In this document: positions 9,855 through 20,526 of the stretch, piece by piece
Layout: each line of letters opens with the position of its first letter
How positions within the stretch are numbered: position 1 is the first letter of the stretch
Source of the DNA: an uncultured Mycoplasmatota bacterium
GTDB lineage: Bacteria; Bacillota_I; Bacilli_A; RF39; UBA660
Direction of reading: 5' to 3'
Length of the DNA stretch: 64,000 nt
Assembly (NCBI GenBank): GCA_946497145.1
Contig: CAMMJA010000001.1
Coordinates: 21,334 to 85,333 of the forward strand
Made by a program: the position numbers and the translations under genes
Notes under the pieces: model-generated
Seen by the model: only the letters and a program-made list of their open reading frames with translations
What the model was told of the DNA's origin: nothing
Database searches by the model: none

Positions 9855-9868
9855 ATTTCCCGGGAAAT
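9855..9868. promoter_or_regulatory. Noc-binding-site palindrome ATTTCCCGGGAAAT
   Basis: Exact 14-mer. The extended palindrome TTATTTCCCGGGAAATAA lies between the two parS sites. Confidence 0.65.
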
Positions 9869-9879
9869 AATTTGTATAT

Positions 9880-9895
9880 TGTTTCACGTGAAACA
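9880..9895. promoter_or_regulatory. parS site, perfect TGTTTCACGTGAAACA (second copy)
   Basis: Exact 16-bp palindrome, 80 bp from the first copy. Confidence 0.85.
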
Positions 9896-9921
9896 ATATA
9901 CCATTATATGTATTATAAATT

Positions 9922-9953
9922 AAAAAGATTCTAATTTTCGTTAGAATCTTCTT
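9922..9953 (-). terminator. intrinsic terminator hairpin overlapping the gyrA stop codon
   Basis: AAGATTCTAA-cgaaaa-TTAGAATCTT followed by a T-rich tract on the minus strand. Confidence 0.5.
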
Positions 9954-12396
9954 TTAACAATTCATTTGAATCAGTTTCACTTTCTGGTTCATTTTTTTCA
10001 ATTGGAGAAACAGTTGCAACTTTTTGATTATCGCGCAAGTGAATAAGTCGTACACCTTGTGTAGCACGTTTTAATACAGATATTTGCTCCATTGGCATTC
10101 GCATAATAATTCCTGTATCAGTAATGATCATAAGGTCCTCGTTCTCGCTTACACATTTTAAAGACACCATGTTGCCATTTTTCTCCGTAATGTTCAACGC
10201 CTTTACTCCTTTACTTCCGCGATGAGTTAAACGGTATTCATCAATTGGAGTTTTCTTTCCATATCCTTTTTCAGTAACAATAAGTACTAATTGATCAGGA
10301 TTTACTACTTCTGCTCCTACTACTGTTGCTGACTCTAAATCCATACCTTTTACTCCTGAAGCAGTCCGTCCCATTGAACGTATTTCTTCCTCATGGAATC
10401 GTACCATTCTACCATTGCTTCCCCCAATAATAATTTCATTTGAGCCAGTTGTTTTTTTAACGGTGACTAACTCATCATTTTCCTTTAGATTGATAGCTAT
10501 TTTTCCACCGTTTCTAATATTTTCAAATTCAGACAATTCTGTTCTCTTAACTAAACCATCTTTAGTTACAAATAACAAATACTTGGCTGTTTCATTTTCA
10601 GTTTGAACACACAACATCGAACGAATGTACTCGTTTTTGTTCAACGATAACAAGTTTACAATTGGCAAACCTTTAGATTGTCTGCCAAGGTTTGGTACCT
10701 CATAACCTTTGATTCTATATACTCTTCCTTGGTTTGAAAAGAATAACAAATAATCATGTGTCTTCATTGAAATAAGATGTTCTACAAAATCTTCTTCGTT
10801 GGTTGTCATTCCCTTAATACCAACTCCACCACGATTTTGTGTTTTATAAGTATCTGCGGGAACGCGTTTTATATATCCTTTATTAGTCAAGGTTACAATA
10901 ATATCCTCCACTGGAATTAAAGATTCATCTTCAATATATTCAATAGCAGTCATATCGATAGTAGTTCTTCTATCATCGCCATATTTATCTCTAATTTCTA
11001 GTAATTCTGTTTTTATTACTCCTAAAATCTTTTCGTTGCTACTTAAAATATCTTTTAATTGTGCGATTAATTTCAATAGTTCACTAATTTCATTTTCAAT
11101 TTTCTCACGTTCTAGTCCAGTTAAACGACGTAATTTCATTTCCAAAATTGCATTGGCTTGGGGTTCACTTAAACCGAAATTACGCATTAAACCATCACGG
11201 GCTTCATTATCCCCTTTAGACGCTTTGATTAATTGAATCACCGCATCGATATTATCCAAAGCAATTTTTAAGCCCTCTAATATATGCACTCTTTTTTCTG
11301 CATTATCCAAATCAAATTTGGTTCGCCTAATGATAATTTCTTTTTGATAATCGATATATTTTACAATAATATCTTTCAATCCCAACGTTTTTGGAACTCC
11401 TTGATCTAACATCAAGAAAATAATACCATATGAGGTTTGAAGTGGTGTATGTTTATACAATTTATTTAAAATTACTTGAGCATTTGCATCACGCTTTAAA
11501 GTGATCGTAATTTTAATACCTTCTTTTAAATCGGAATGATAATCAGCAATACCATCTAACGTTTTGTTGTGTACCAACTCAGCCACTTTATTTTTTAATT
11601 CTAATGTATTTACTCCATACGGTACTTCATCAATGATAATATACTGTTTTCCATGCTTTTCTTCTATTTTTGCTTTACTTCTAATAGTAATGGTACCCCT
11701 ACCAGTTTCGTAGGCCTTTTTAATACCACTATTTCCTAAAATAATGGCTCCAGTTGGAAAGTCTGGTCCTTTGATATAAGTCATCAAACCAGCCAAATCA
11801 ATATCTGGATTGTCAATATAAGCAACACAACCATCTATTACTTCTCGTAAATTATGTGGTGGAATATTCGTTGCCATTCCAACAGCAATTCCTGTTGTAC
11901 CATTTACTAAAATATTTGGAAATCGAGACGGTAAAATTTCCGGCTCTTTTTCAGATTCATCGAAATTTGGAATAAAATTAACAGTATTCTTATTGATATT
12001 TCGTAATAATTCTAAAGATATCTTGGATAAACGTGATTCTGTATAACGCATTGCTGCTGCGCCATAACCTTCCATATTACCAAAGTTACCATGGCCATCT
12101 ACCAACATGTATCGGTAAGAAAAGTCCTGAGCCATACGAACCATGGCCTCGTAAATACTAGAATCTCCATGTGGATGATATTTACCCATAACATCTCCAA
12201 CGATTCTAGCACTTTTTTTATGAGGTTTATCAGGTGTATAACCAGACTCGTACATAGAATATAAAATTCTACGATGTACCGGCTTTAAGCCATCGCGTAA
12301 ATCTGGTAGTGCACGTGCTACAATAACACTCATCGAATATTCCAAGAAAGAGTCCTGTACTTCTTTTACAATATTATTTTTTTCTAACTTATCCAT
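9931..12396 (-). CDS. gyrA: DNA gyrase subunit A
   Basis: 821 aa. Active-site region AAMRYTE and the GyrA-box beta-pinwheel repeats. Acidic C-terminal tail. Confidence 0.96.
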   Translation of the reverse strand: MDKLEKNNIVKEVQDSFLEYSMSVIVARALPDLRDGLKPVHRRILYSMYESGYTPDKPHKKSARIVGDVMGKYHPHGDSSIYEAMVRMAQDFSYRYMLVDGHGNFGNMEGYGAAAMRYTESRLSKISLELLRNINKNTVNFIPNFDESEKEPEILPSRFPNILVNGTTGIAVGMATNIPPHNLREVIDGCVAYIDNPDIDLAGLMTYIKGPDFPTGAIILGNSGIKKAYETGRGTITIRSKAKIEEKHGKQYIIIDEVPYGVNTLELKNKVAELVHNKTLDGIADYHSDLKEGIKITITLKRDANAQVILNKLYKHTPLQTSYGIIFLMLDQGVPKTLGLKDIIVKYIDYQKEIIIRRTKFDLDNAEKRVHILEGLKIALDNIDAVIQLIKASKGDNEARDGLMRNFGLSEPQANAILEMKLRRLTGLEREKIENEISELLKLIAQLKDILSSNEKILGVIKTELLEIRDKYGDDRRTTIDMTAIEYIEDESLIPVEDIIVTLTNKGYIKRVPADTYKTQNRGGVGIKGMTTNEEDFVEHLISMKTHDYLLFFSNQGRVYRIKGYEVPNLGRQSKGLPIVNLLSLNKNEYIRSMLCVQTENETAKYLLFVTKDGLVKRTELSEFENIRNGGKIAINLKENDELVTVKKTTGSNEIIIGGSNGRMVRFHEEEIRSMGRTASGVKGMDLESATVVGAEVVNPDQLVLIVTEKGYGKKTPIDEYRLTHRGSKGVKALNITEKNGNMVSLKCVSENEDLMIITDTGIIMRMPMEQISVLKRATQGVRLIHLRDNQKVATVSPIEKNEPESETDSNELLKEDSNEN

Positions 12397-12408
12397 ACCA
12401 AAAACCTC

Positions 12409-14331
12409 CTATACGTCTAAATTTTCTACGTACGTTGCATTTGTCTCAATAAAATTACGACGTGGTTCTACTTCTTCGCCCATCAATTTAGAAAAAACTT
12501 CATCGGCTTGTAAAGCATCATCTACGGTAATTTGACGCAAAACACGTTTATTAATATCCATAGTCGTTTCGTTCAACTCTTCTGCGTCCATTTCTCCCAA
12601 ACCTTTCATACGCATAATGTCGTATTTGGTATTTGGAGATAATGTTTTTAAATATTCATCACGTTCTTGTTCATTTAAAACATATTTAATTGTTTTTCCA
12701 TGTTTAATAACAAATAACGGTGGCTGAGCCGCATAGACATGACCTGCTTCTACAATCGGACGGAAAAAGCGATAAAACAGCGTTAATAAAAGAACACGAA
12801 TATGTGAACCATCCACATCAGCATCAGTCATAATGATAATTTTGTTGTATCTCAATTTTGATAAATCAAACTCTTCCCCAATTCCAGTTCCAAAAGCCGT
12901 AATAATCGTACGAATTTCTTCATTGCCGAGTGCACGATCTAAACGCGCTTTTTCCACATTTAATATTTTTCCACGAAGAGGCAAAATGGCTTGTGTCATA
13001 CTATCACGACCCTTGATGGCCGATCCACCTGCCGAATCTCCTTCGACTAAGAAAATTTCACTAATAGAAGCATCTTTACTCTTACAGTCAGATAATTTTC
13101 CATAAAAATTGGTAATATCCAAATCCCCTTTTCTTCTAGTTAATTCCCTAGCCCGCTTTGCTGCAACACGAGCCCTTGTCGCCGTTGTTGCTTTCTCGAT
13201 AATTGCCTTGGCCTCATCTGGATTTTCTAACAAGAAGCGTTCAAATCCCTCTGAAAAAATACGATTGGCAATTCCACGTACTTCCGCATTTCCTAACTTA
13301 GTCTTGGTCTGTCCTTCAAATTGTGGATTTGGATGTTTACAAGAAATAATCATAACAATTCCTTCTCGAACATCTTCTCCAGTAAGTGGCTCATCATTTT
13401 CCTTTAACAACTTATTATTTAATGCATATTTATTCAATACTCGTGTTAAAGAAGCCCGGACACCATCTTCATGTGTTCCTCCTTCTGGTGTCGTAATATT
13501 GTTAACAAAAGAATAAATACTAGCATTATATGATTCATTGTATTGAAGAGCTACTTCAAGCGAAATATCATTTTCTTTTCCTGAGATATCGATGATCGTT
13601 GGATGAATCGGTGTCTTATTTTCGTTTATCATCTTGACGTATTCACTGATGCCCCCTTCATACAAGAAGATATCCTTTTTTTCATCTTCTCTTTCGTCCA
13701 TTAAAATAATTCGAAGACCACGATTCAAAAAGGCCAACTCACGCAAGCGATTTTTTAGCGTATCATAATTAAATATCGTCGTCTCTGTAAAAATCTCTGG
13801 ATCTGGCTTAAAAGTAACTGTCGTACCAGTACGATCCTCTGAACAATGATCGATAATTTTTAAATCTTCCACAGGATGTCCACCGTTTTCATAACGTTGA
13901 TAATAAACATTTCCATTTTTATAAACTCTAACTTCTAGCCATTCTGATAAAGCATTGACGACAGAGGCACCTACCCCATGCAATCCACCAGATACTTTGT
14001 ATCCTCCACCGCCAAATTTTCCTCCGGCATGTAAGACAGTATAAACAGTTTCCACCGTCGATTTACCAGTTTTCGGATGAATTTCAACAGGAACACCTCG
14101 ACCGTCATCTTTTACTGTTATCGTATTTCCAGAGTTGACGATTACTTCAATATCATCAGCATAGCCAGCCATGGCTTCATCGATTGCATTATCGACGATT
14201 TCCCATACCAAATGATGAAGCCCCCTTTCACTCGTGGAACCAATATACATTCCAGGACGTTTTCTAACTGCTTCTAAACCCTCTAATACTTGAATAGAAG
14301 ATGAATCATATGAATTATTTAATTTTTCCAT
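12409..14331 (-). CDS. gyrB: DNA gyrase subunit B
   Basis: 640 aa. GHKL ATPase motifs, Toprim EGDSAGG and [12 protein letters not shown]. Confidence 0.96.
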   Translation of the reverse strand: MEKLNNSYDSSSIQVLEGLEAVRKRPGMYIGSTSERGLHHLVWEIVDNAIDEAMAGYADDIEVIVNSGNTITVKDDGRGVPVEIHPKTGKSTVETVYTVLHAGGKFGGGGYKVSGGLHGVGASVVNALSEWLEVRVYKNGNVYYQRYENGGHPVEDLKIIDHCSEDRTGTTVTFKPDPEIFTETTIFNYDTLKNRLRELAFLNRGLRIILMDEREDEKKDIFLYEGGISEYVKMINENKTPIHPTIIDISGKENDISLEVALQYNESYNASIYSFVNNITTPEGGTHEDGVRASLTRVLNKYALNNKLLKENDEPLTGEDVREGIVMIISCKHPNPQFEGQTKTKLGNAEVRGIANRIFSEGFERFLLENPDEAKAIIEKATTATRARVAAKRARELTRRKGDLDITNFYGKLSDCKSKDASISEIFLVEGDSAGGSAIKGRDSMTQAILPLRGKILNVEKARLDRALGNEEIRTIITAFGTGIGEEFDLSKLRYNKIIIMTDADVDGSHIRVLLLTLFYRFFRPIVEAGHVYAAQPPLFVIKHGKTIKYVLNEQERDEYLKTLSPNTKYDIMRMKGLGEMDAEELNETTMDINKRVLRQITVDDALQADEVFSKLMGEEVEPRRNFIETNATYVENLDV

Positions 14332-14332
14332 T

Positions 14333-15451
14333 TTATCTTCTCACTTTCTTCTCTATTTTGCCATTTTTAATTTCAAAAATAGTCGCATCTTTGACTATTT
14401 TTCTTTGAACATTTTTTAAATCTGTCGTCGTTATAATACTTTGAATATCTTGTTTAACATACTCTAAGAGACGATTCTGTTTTTTTATATCAATCTCACT
14501 AAAAATATCATCTAATAACAAAATGGGCTTGGTTTTTGTATACTGTATAAAAATATCAATTTCTGCCAACTTATGAGCCAGTACTGCTAATTTTTGTTGT
14601 CCTTGAGAACCAAACAATTTTAAATCTTGCTCATTCAAAAAATATGAAAAATCATCACGATGAGGTCCAAATAACGTCATACCTTGCATTAACTCTCTTT
14701 GATAATTTTCTTCAAATTTTTTCTTTAAACTCATCTTAATATTGGCTTTTTCAAAAGAAGAGAACAGAACATTCGGTTCATATTTTAGTTGTAATCCACC
14801 AAAATTAGTAATTTTTTCATAAATCGTACCAATTTGACGATTAATAAAATCGACGTATTCTTTTCTTTTTTGATAAATCAAAACAGATTTTTCAATCAAT
14901 TGATCGGTTAGAATCTTCAAATAGGAAAGATCAGCCAAATGATTCACATACAAAAGTTTTAAATACTCATTTCGAGTTTTTAAAATTTTATTATATTCAT
15001 TATAAGTTTTTAAATAAACATGTGACATTTGACTTATTTGAACATTTAGTAAATTTCGACGAACACTAGGAGAACCCTTAATAATTTCTAAATCATCTGG
15101 AGTAAAAAGAATAACATTCAAATTAGAAATATAATCAGATATTTTTTTTATTTCTTTTTGATTAAGAAAAACCTTCTTATCTTTTGGTAAAAAATCAATT
15201 TCTAAATCTTTAATGACTCTATCTACTCTAATCGTACCCTTTATTTTAGCTTGTTCTTTACCAAACTGAATAAGATTAGATTCCATTCCGTTACGATAAG
15301 ATTTCGTCAAGGCCAATAAATAAATGCTTTCTAAAATATTCGTCTTTCCTTGGGCATTGTCCCCCACAATAATATTTAATTTATCATGAAATGAAATAGC
15401 CACTTTGTCATAATTTCTAAAATTTAACAAAGAAATTTTTCTTAAAATCAT
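14333..15451 (-). CDS. recF: DNA replication and repair protein RecF
   Basis: 372 aa. Walker [10 protein letters not shown] and SMC-like signature [17 protein letters not shown]. Confidence 0.93.
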   Translation of the reverse strand: MILRKISLLNFRNYDKVAISFHDKLNIIVGDNAQGKTNILESIYLLALTKSYRNGMESNLIQFGKEQAKIKGTIRVDRVIKDLEIDFLPKDKKVFLNQKEIKKISDYISNLNVILFTPDDLEIIKGSPSVRRNLLNVQISQMSHVYLKTYNEYNKILKTRNEYLKLLYVNHLADLSYLKILTDQLIEKSVLIYQKRKEYVDFINRQIGTIYEKITNFGGLQLKYEPNVLFSSFEKANIKMSLKKKFEENYQRELMQGMTLFGPHRDDFSYFLNEQDLKLFGSQGQQKLAVLAHKLAEIDIFIQYTKTKPILLLDDIFSEIDIKKQNRLLEYVKQDIQSIITTTDLKNVQRKIVKDATIFEIKNGKIEKKVRR

Positions 15452-15574
15452 TTAAAGCCACTAAAAACCCTCATATTCTCACCTATCCCTATATCTGATA
15501 CTCCTATACATACAATATAATTATATCATAAAAACGCTTAAAAAACATAAAAAAAGAACTTTTTTGTTCTTTTC

Positions 15575-16015
15575 TTAACTCTTTCTTCGATGCATAATTG
15601 CCTCTAATCGCGTTGCTCTTAAAATTTGATTTTCGATAGAACGATAGGAAATAGGTAAAATAATTTCTTGATTATTTTTAAAGATAATCTTGGTATTTTG
15701 GTCCATCTTTTCATAGGATTTAATTTGATTTAATGCGATCCAACTACAATCATAACTAGATGGAGAAACCGTTGGAAAGAAGATCAAATCTCTCGATTCT
15801 TCCACAATAACAGGAACTTTATATCGACTACTTCCTAAAATATTTTGACTTCCCTGCTCTCTTCCTTCATAAGAACTACCAAAGTATTGACAACTATAAT
15901 CCATTATTTTATATGGTTTTTCCTCAAAAACATACTGATTGTCTTCTTCTAAAATCTCGCTTTTCCCTGATTCTTTAAATAATACTGCCAAAGTTCCATC
16001 GTTAATTTCGTACAT
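15575..16015 (-). CDS. comK: ComK-family protein (competence transcription factor homolog)
   Basis: 146 aa. DYSCQYFGSSYEGRE / VIVEESRDLIFFPTVS / CSWIALNQI / ILPISYRSIENQILRATRL align with B. subtilis ComK DRSCRFFGSSYAGRK / IMVDPSNQIFLFPTLS / CGWISHVHV / ELPISYNSFENQVYRTAWL. Has its own terminator hairpin (AAGAAC-aaaaaa-GTTCTT + T-run) downstream. Confidence 0.75.
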   Translation of the reverse strand: MYEINDGTLAVLFKESGKSEILEEDNQYVFEEKPYKIMDYSCQYFGSSYEGREQGSQNILGSSRYKVPVIVEESRDLIFFPTVSPSSYDCSWIALNQIKSYEKMDQNTKIIFKNNQEIILPISYRSIENQILRATRLEAIMHRRKS

Positions 16016-16130
16016 ATTTTTCCCCCTTTAGTAAGCCATATTTCGACTTACACCTTTTAATATATACTCTTCTTATGTCGAAAAAACTAGAACTTTGTCT
16101 AAAAAAGAAAAAAAGAATTTCAAAATTCTT

Positions 16131-17258
16131 TTAATAAGTACGAATTGGCAATACCAATTGCGTAAGAGAATCACCGTTTGGATCTTTTAATAAAATTGGT
16201 TTTACTTCCCCTACAAACTTAATTTCTACTTTTTCATTAGAAAAAGATTTTAATGCCTCCATCATATATTTTGCACTAAACGAAATTTTAATATTTTCTG
16301 AATTATTTTTCTCAATATTCATTTTTTCTTCTACTCGACCAATTTCTGCAGAAGAAGAACGTAAAATCAATGTCTGATCTGATGTTTCTAACGTTACGAT
16401 ATTTTTTTCACGATCGCTAGTTAAAATACTTGCTCGATCGATCACACTATAAAACTCATCTAAGTTAACTGTCACATTTAAAAATGATTCTTGTGGCATC
16501 AAATTACTAGTATTTGGATAAGTACCATTGATCAAACGAGATTGAAACAAAATATTTTCATATTCAAACAAGATTTTACTGTTGAAAATATGGATTGCAA
16601 TATCTTCATCACTCTCCCCCATGATACGAGAAAATTCAACTATGTTCTTGCTAGGAATAACTACATTATAATTTTCTTCATAAAATTCTTTTAAATTGAC
16701 AATTTTTCTTGCTAAACGATAAGAATCAGTTGAATTACATTCTAAAATATTGCCAACAATATTAAAGTTAATTCCTGTTAAAACCGGTTTTGCTTCGTCA
16801 GTAGAAGCAGCAAAAGAAGTTTGCATAACAATTTCTTTAAATACTTTATTATTTAAAAGAATTGGTTTTTTATTTTTCTCTAAATTAATATTAGGATATT
16901 CTTTTTCACTAATTCCATTTAAAGTAAATTCACTATTAGCCGTATAAATCAATATTTTTAATTCATCCACCACTTCAATATTAATATATTCATCTGGAAG
17001 TTTTCTAACAATATCTAATACATACTTTCCTTGTATAATGATACTTCCCTGCTTTTCTACTTTCATTTTATTTTCTTGATCATTTAATATATAAGTTTGA
17101 ATAGTAATATCATTATCAGAAGCAGTTAATATTAAGCGATCTTTACTAAGTTCAAATTTAATACCTGATAAAACAGGAATTAGATTTTTAGTAGAAATTG
17201 CCTTTGATACTTTGTTTAACCCCTCTAATAAAACATCTTTTTTAATTGTTAATTTCAT
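16131..17258 (-). CDS. dnaN: DNA polymerase III beta sliding clamp
   Basis: 375 aa. MKLTIKKDVLLEGLNKVSKAIS... is typical of DnaN, with the three-domain architecture. Confidence 0.95.
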   Translation of the reverse strand: MKLTIKKDVLLEGLNKVSKAISTKNLIPVLSGIKFELSKDRLILTASDNDITIQTYILNDQENKMKVEKQGSIIIQGKYVLDIVRKLPDEYINIEVVDELKILIYTANSEFTLNGISEKEYPNINLEKNKKPILLNNKVFKEIVMQTSFAASTDEAKPVLTGINFNIVGNILECNSTDSYRLARKIVNLKEFYEENYNVVIPSKNIVEFSRIMGESDEDIAIHIFNSKILFEYENILFQSRLINGTYPNTSNLMPQESFLNVTVNLDEFYSVIDRASILTSDREKNIVTLETSDQTLILRSSSAEIGRVEEKMNIEKNNSENIKISFSAKYMMEALKSFSNEKVEIKFVGEVKPILLKDPNGDSLTQLVLPIRTY

Positions 17259-17283
17259 ATGTATTCCTTCTTTCTTTTATCTT

Positions 17284-17398
17284 TTTTATATTATTACTGT
17301 GGAAACTGTTTAAAAGTCAATTTTTCTTAGTAAAATCAATCATTTTACTTTGTTTTCATTGTGGAAAAGAATATGGATAAGTAAGAGTTATCCACATG
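17284..17398. promoter_or_regulatory. DnaA-box cluster in the dnaA-dnaN intergenic region (oriC distal part / DUE side)
   Basis: Perfect TTATCCACA at 17388-17396, plus TGTGGAAAA and TGTGGAAAC variants in an AT-rich spacer. Confidence 0.7.
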
Positions 17399-17399
17399 A

Positions 17400-18770
17400 T
17401 TAGTGAATATCTTGTTGAATTTTGTCGATGATGTTTGCAAGTTCTTTGTTGGTTTTGATTTCTTTTTCAATTTTTTCTACTGAGTGCATGACGGTAGAAT
17501 GATCTTTTCCACCAAATTCTGTTCCTATTTTAGGAAAAGATTCATTGGTTAGTGTTCGGCAAAGATACATGGCAATTTGCCGTGGAAAGGCAATGTTAGA
17601 ACTACGTTTTTTAGATTTCATATCTTCGACGGTAATTTGAAAGTATTCTGAAACGATTTTTTGAATCTTGTGAATATCATTTTTTTCACTGATTCCCTTA
17701 TTAATATAATCTTTTAAGGCCTCGATCGCAAGATCTACTGTAATATTTGCTCCACCCATTATGGTAGAATACGCGATCAGTCGAGTAATAGAGCCCTCTA
17801 GTTGCCTTACGTCACTTCCCATATTAGAAGCAATGTATTCGATTACGTCATCAGGTATTTCTTTTTCCACAGCGCCTGCGGAAATTTTTTTTCTTAAAAT
17901 TGCTACGCGCAGTGCAAAGTCTGGTGGAAAAATATCAACGGTCAATCCCCAGCAAAACCGTGTTCGCAATCGATCTTCTAACAACTTTAAATCATCAGGA
18001 GATCGATCAGAAGAAATGATAATTTGTTTACTGTCGCTATACAAAATATTGAACGTGTGGAAAAATTCTTGTTGTGTTTGGGTTGCTCCACCTAAAAATT
18101 GAATATCATCAATAATTAACACATCAACATTGCGATATTTGTTTTTAAAAAATTCTACATAATTGAAATTTGTACCACTATCATCCTTTTTATTGATTCC
18201 AATAAAATCCTGAATAAATTGATCACTTGTAACATATAACACTTTTTTATTGGTGTTTTGGATAATATAATTTCCAATGGCGTGCATCAAGTGCGTCTTC
18301 CCTAGCCCACTGTTTCCATAAATAAACAAAGGATTGTACATCTTTCCGGGGTTTTCTGCAACAGAAAGTGCGGCAGCATGAGCAAATTTATTACTGTTTC
18401 CGACTATAAAATTATCAAAGGTATAATTTGGGTTTAAATTAGATTGTGCTGCACTATTGTAAGGAACTCCACTAGGCATAGGACGATCTTGTTGTGTTAA
18501 AAAGTTTTTTTCTTCTTTTACGATTTCATCTTTTAAAATAAATTCTAATTCGAAATTTGTTCCCGTAATAGTATTAAGTGTCTCACAAATTAGGTTGTAA
18601 TAGTTATCTGATAAATGCTTTTTATGAATGGGCATAGGAACAATAATTGTTGCTTTTTCATCTTTTAATTCATATAATTCAGTTTCACTAAACCAAGTTT
18701 CATAAGAAAGTGAAGTTACTTCTTCTTTTATGGCATTTAAAAAGTTAGTCCATAAAACTGCAACATTCAT
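17400..18770 (-). CDS. dnaA: chromosomal replication initiator DnaA
   Basis: AAA+ motifs (GNSGLGKTHL) and the C-terminal DNA-binding domain. Start set at ATG MNVAVLW, with a perfect RBS GGGAGGTGA 5 nt upstream. The track ORF start (TTG, 18803) is less likely. Confidence 0.95.
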   Translation of the reverse strand: MNVAVLWTNFLNAIKEEVTSLSYETWFSETELYELKDEKATIIVPMPIHKKHLSDNYYNLICETLNTITGTNFELEFILKDEIVKEEKNFLTQQDRPMPSGVPYNSAAQSNLNPNYTFDNFIVGNSNKFAHAAALSVAENPGKMYNPLFIYGNSGLGKTHLMHAIGNYIIQNTNKKVLYVTSDQFIQDFIGINKKDDSGTNFNYVEFFKNKYRNVDVLIIDDIQFLGGATQTQQEFFHTFNILYSDSKQIIISSDRSPDDLKLLEDRLRTRFCWGLTVDIFPPDFALRVAILRKKISAGAVEKEIPDDVIEYIASNMGSDVRQLEGSITRLIAYSTIMGGANITVDLAIEALKDYINKGISEKNDIHKIQKIVSEYFQITVEDMKSKKRSSNIAFPRQIAMYLCRTLTNESFPKIGTEFGGKDHSTVMHSVEKIEKEIKTNKELANIIDKIQQDIH

Positions 18771-18803
18771 GACATCACCTCCCTGAATATGAATAAAGTT
18801 CAA

Positions 18804-19083
18804 CCAATTTCATTGTAACGTAAAATTGTGGAAAAAGAAAGATAAAAAACGTGAAAAAATTTTATTCACAACCTATCCACAATGTTTTGCACAAATAAAA
18901 GATTGAAATTAAAAAGAAAAATAGACTTTTCCACAAAATAGAAATTCACATGCGCAAAAAAGTTATACACACCTATGTGGAAAAGTGGAAAAAGAAAAAA
19001 ACGTAAAAATAAAAGGTTTTGATTGACATTTTAAAGAATTTATTATTATAATAATGTAGATTTATGTCTGGAGGTGGGATCAT
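18804..19083. promoter_or_regulatory. oriC: dnaA-upstream DnaA-box cluster plus divergent rpmH promoter
   Basis: CTATCCACA (18882-18890), TTTTCCACA, and TGTGGAAAA x2 (TGTGGAAAAGTGGAAAAAG). Sigma-A promoter TTGACA-17-TATAAT at 19022-19050 reads into rpmH. dnaA and rpmH diverge here. Confidence 0.8.
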
Positions 19084-19206
19084 ATGAAAAGAACGTATCA
19101 ACCAAACAATCGTAAAATGGCTAAGAAACATGGATTTTTTGCACGGGTAAAAACGAATGTATTAAAAAAACGTCGTCAAAAAGGTCGTAAAAGATTATCA
19201 AAATAA
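19084..19206 (+). CDS. rpmH: 50S ribosomal protein L34
   Basis: Own translation gives [40 protein letters not shown] (40 aa). Too short for the ORF track. Confidence 0.9.
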   Translation: MKRTYQPNNRKMAKKHGFFARVKTNVLKKRRQKGRKRLSK

Positions 19207-19259
19207 TTTCCACTGGAATCCAGTGGTTTTTTACTATTTAAAGTAGTAGGGGAAGAATC

Positions 19260-19613
19260 ATGAGAAAAGAGAATGTCTTAAAAAATAACTATGAATTTAA
19301 TCGCATTATTGAAAATCAAGCATATCGCAAGAATCGGTACTTTGTGGTATATTTTGTGCCTAATTTTTTAAATCATGCACGATTTGGTATATCGGTTGGT
19401 AAAAAAATAGGTAAGGCAGTAGTAAGAAATCGTTTGAAAAGGCAAGTACGAAGTATTGTCGATGAAAATAAAAAGTACTATTCAAATGGCTTCGATTATA
19501 TTATAATGGTAAGGAAGGGCTGTTTGTCTATTTCATATCAAGAGATGAAAATGCAGTTGTACCAATTGTTAAATCAAATAGAATTAAAGGAGAAAACATA
19601 TGAAAAAAAATAA
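19260..19613 (+). CDS. rnpA: ribonuclease P protein component
   Basis: 117 aa, basic. RFGISVGKKIGKAVVRNRLKRQ motif. Confidence 0.9.
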   Translation: MRKENVLKNNYEFNRIIENQAYRKNRYFVVYFVPNFLNHARFGISVGKKIGKAVVRNRLKRQVRSIVDENKKYYSNGFDYIIMVRKGCLSISYQEMKMQLYQLLNQIELKEKTYEKK

Positions 19614-20526
19614 CAAATTGAAAGTACTTTTAATTGTCGCAATGTTACTTATTACTACTGGATGTACTACTACTTTGACGGATAAAGATAAAAAACCAGT
19701 AAAAAATCCAGAGACAGGACAAAGTTTGACAGAAAATATCTTATGTCAGCCAACGGATGAAGAAACGATAAAAATATATGAAGAACATGGCGTGAAAATA
19801 GAAGATTTTCCAAGTTGTGAAAATTTTAAAATTACATCAGGGGGATATGAAGGACTATGGAATAGTATTTTTGTAAAGCCACTTGCTTACGTAATTTTAT
19901 GGATTGGAAAATATATCAATAGTTATGGGTTATCTCTTATTTTAGTTAGTATTTTGATACGACTCATTGCTTATCCAATTACTAAAAAAACAGCAATTCA
20001 ATCAGAACTAATCAAAAAAGCCAAACCAGATATTGATCGCATTGAAAAGAAATATGCCAATAAAACGGATACAGAGTCGATGATGAAAAAAAGTCAAGAA
20101 ATGACCTTGGTATATAAAAAATATAAAATTAGCCCCTTATCTGGATGCTTGTATGCATTTTTACAATTACCTTTGTTTATTGCATTTTTAGAGGCGATCA
20201 ATAGAGTTCCTGCTATATTTGAAGAAAAAATGTTATTATTACAGTTAGGTACGACTCCAGTAGTTGGTTTCGGTACTAGCACTTGGTATATGTATATATT
20301 GTTGACGATAGCCATCGGGGCATCTACTTATTTTTCTTTTAAGTTAAATGCTACTACTGCTTCCAATGAAATGGGTATGAAGCACATGCCTAAAATTATG
20401 ACAGGAATGATCATTTTAATGGGATTGTTTATGCCATCTGCTTTAGGATTATACTGGATTTCCACAAATGTCTTTACTATCGTTCAAAATATTATTGTAA
20501 AAAGGAGTAAGTTGTTGAATGAATAA
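19600..20526 (+). CDS. yidC: membrane protein insertase YidC/SpoIIIJ (lipoprotein type)
   Basis: 308 aa. Lipobox LITTGCTT and a 60-kDa inner-membrane-protein core. Confidence 0.9.
   Translation: MKKNNKLKVLLIVAMLLITTGCTTTLTDKDKKPVKNPETGQSLTENILCQPTDEETIKIYEEHGVKIEDFPSCENFKITSGGYEGLWNSIFVKPLAYVILWIGKYINSYGLSLILVSILIRLIAYPITKKTAIQSELIKKAKPDIDRIEKKYANKTDTESMMKKSQEMTLVYKKYKISPLSGCLYAFLQLPLFIAFLEAINRVPAIFEEKMLLLQLGTTPVVGFGTSTWYMYILLTIAIGASTYFSFKLNATTASNEMGMKHMPKIMTGMIILMGLFMPSALGLYWISTNVFTIVQNIIVKRSKLLNE

Noticed and set aside
12833-13516. Plus-strand ORFs inside gyrB (12833..13105, 13109..13516), and similar antisense ORFs inside gyrA, dnaA, dnaN, the FtsX permease, argS and prfA
   Set aside because: All are embedded antisense within long, well-conserved genes and are Ser/Pro/Leu-rich, as mirror-frame artefacts typically are. 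No independent signals support them.
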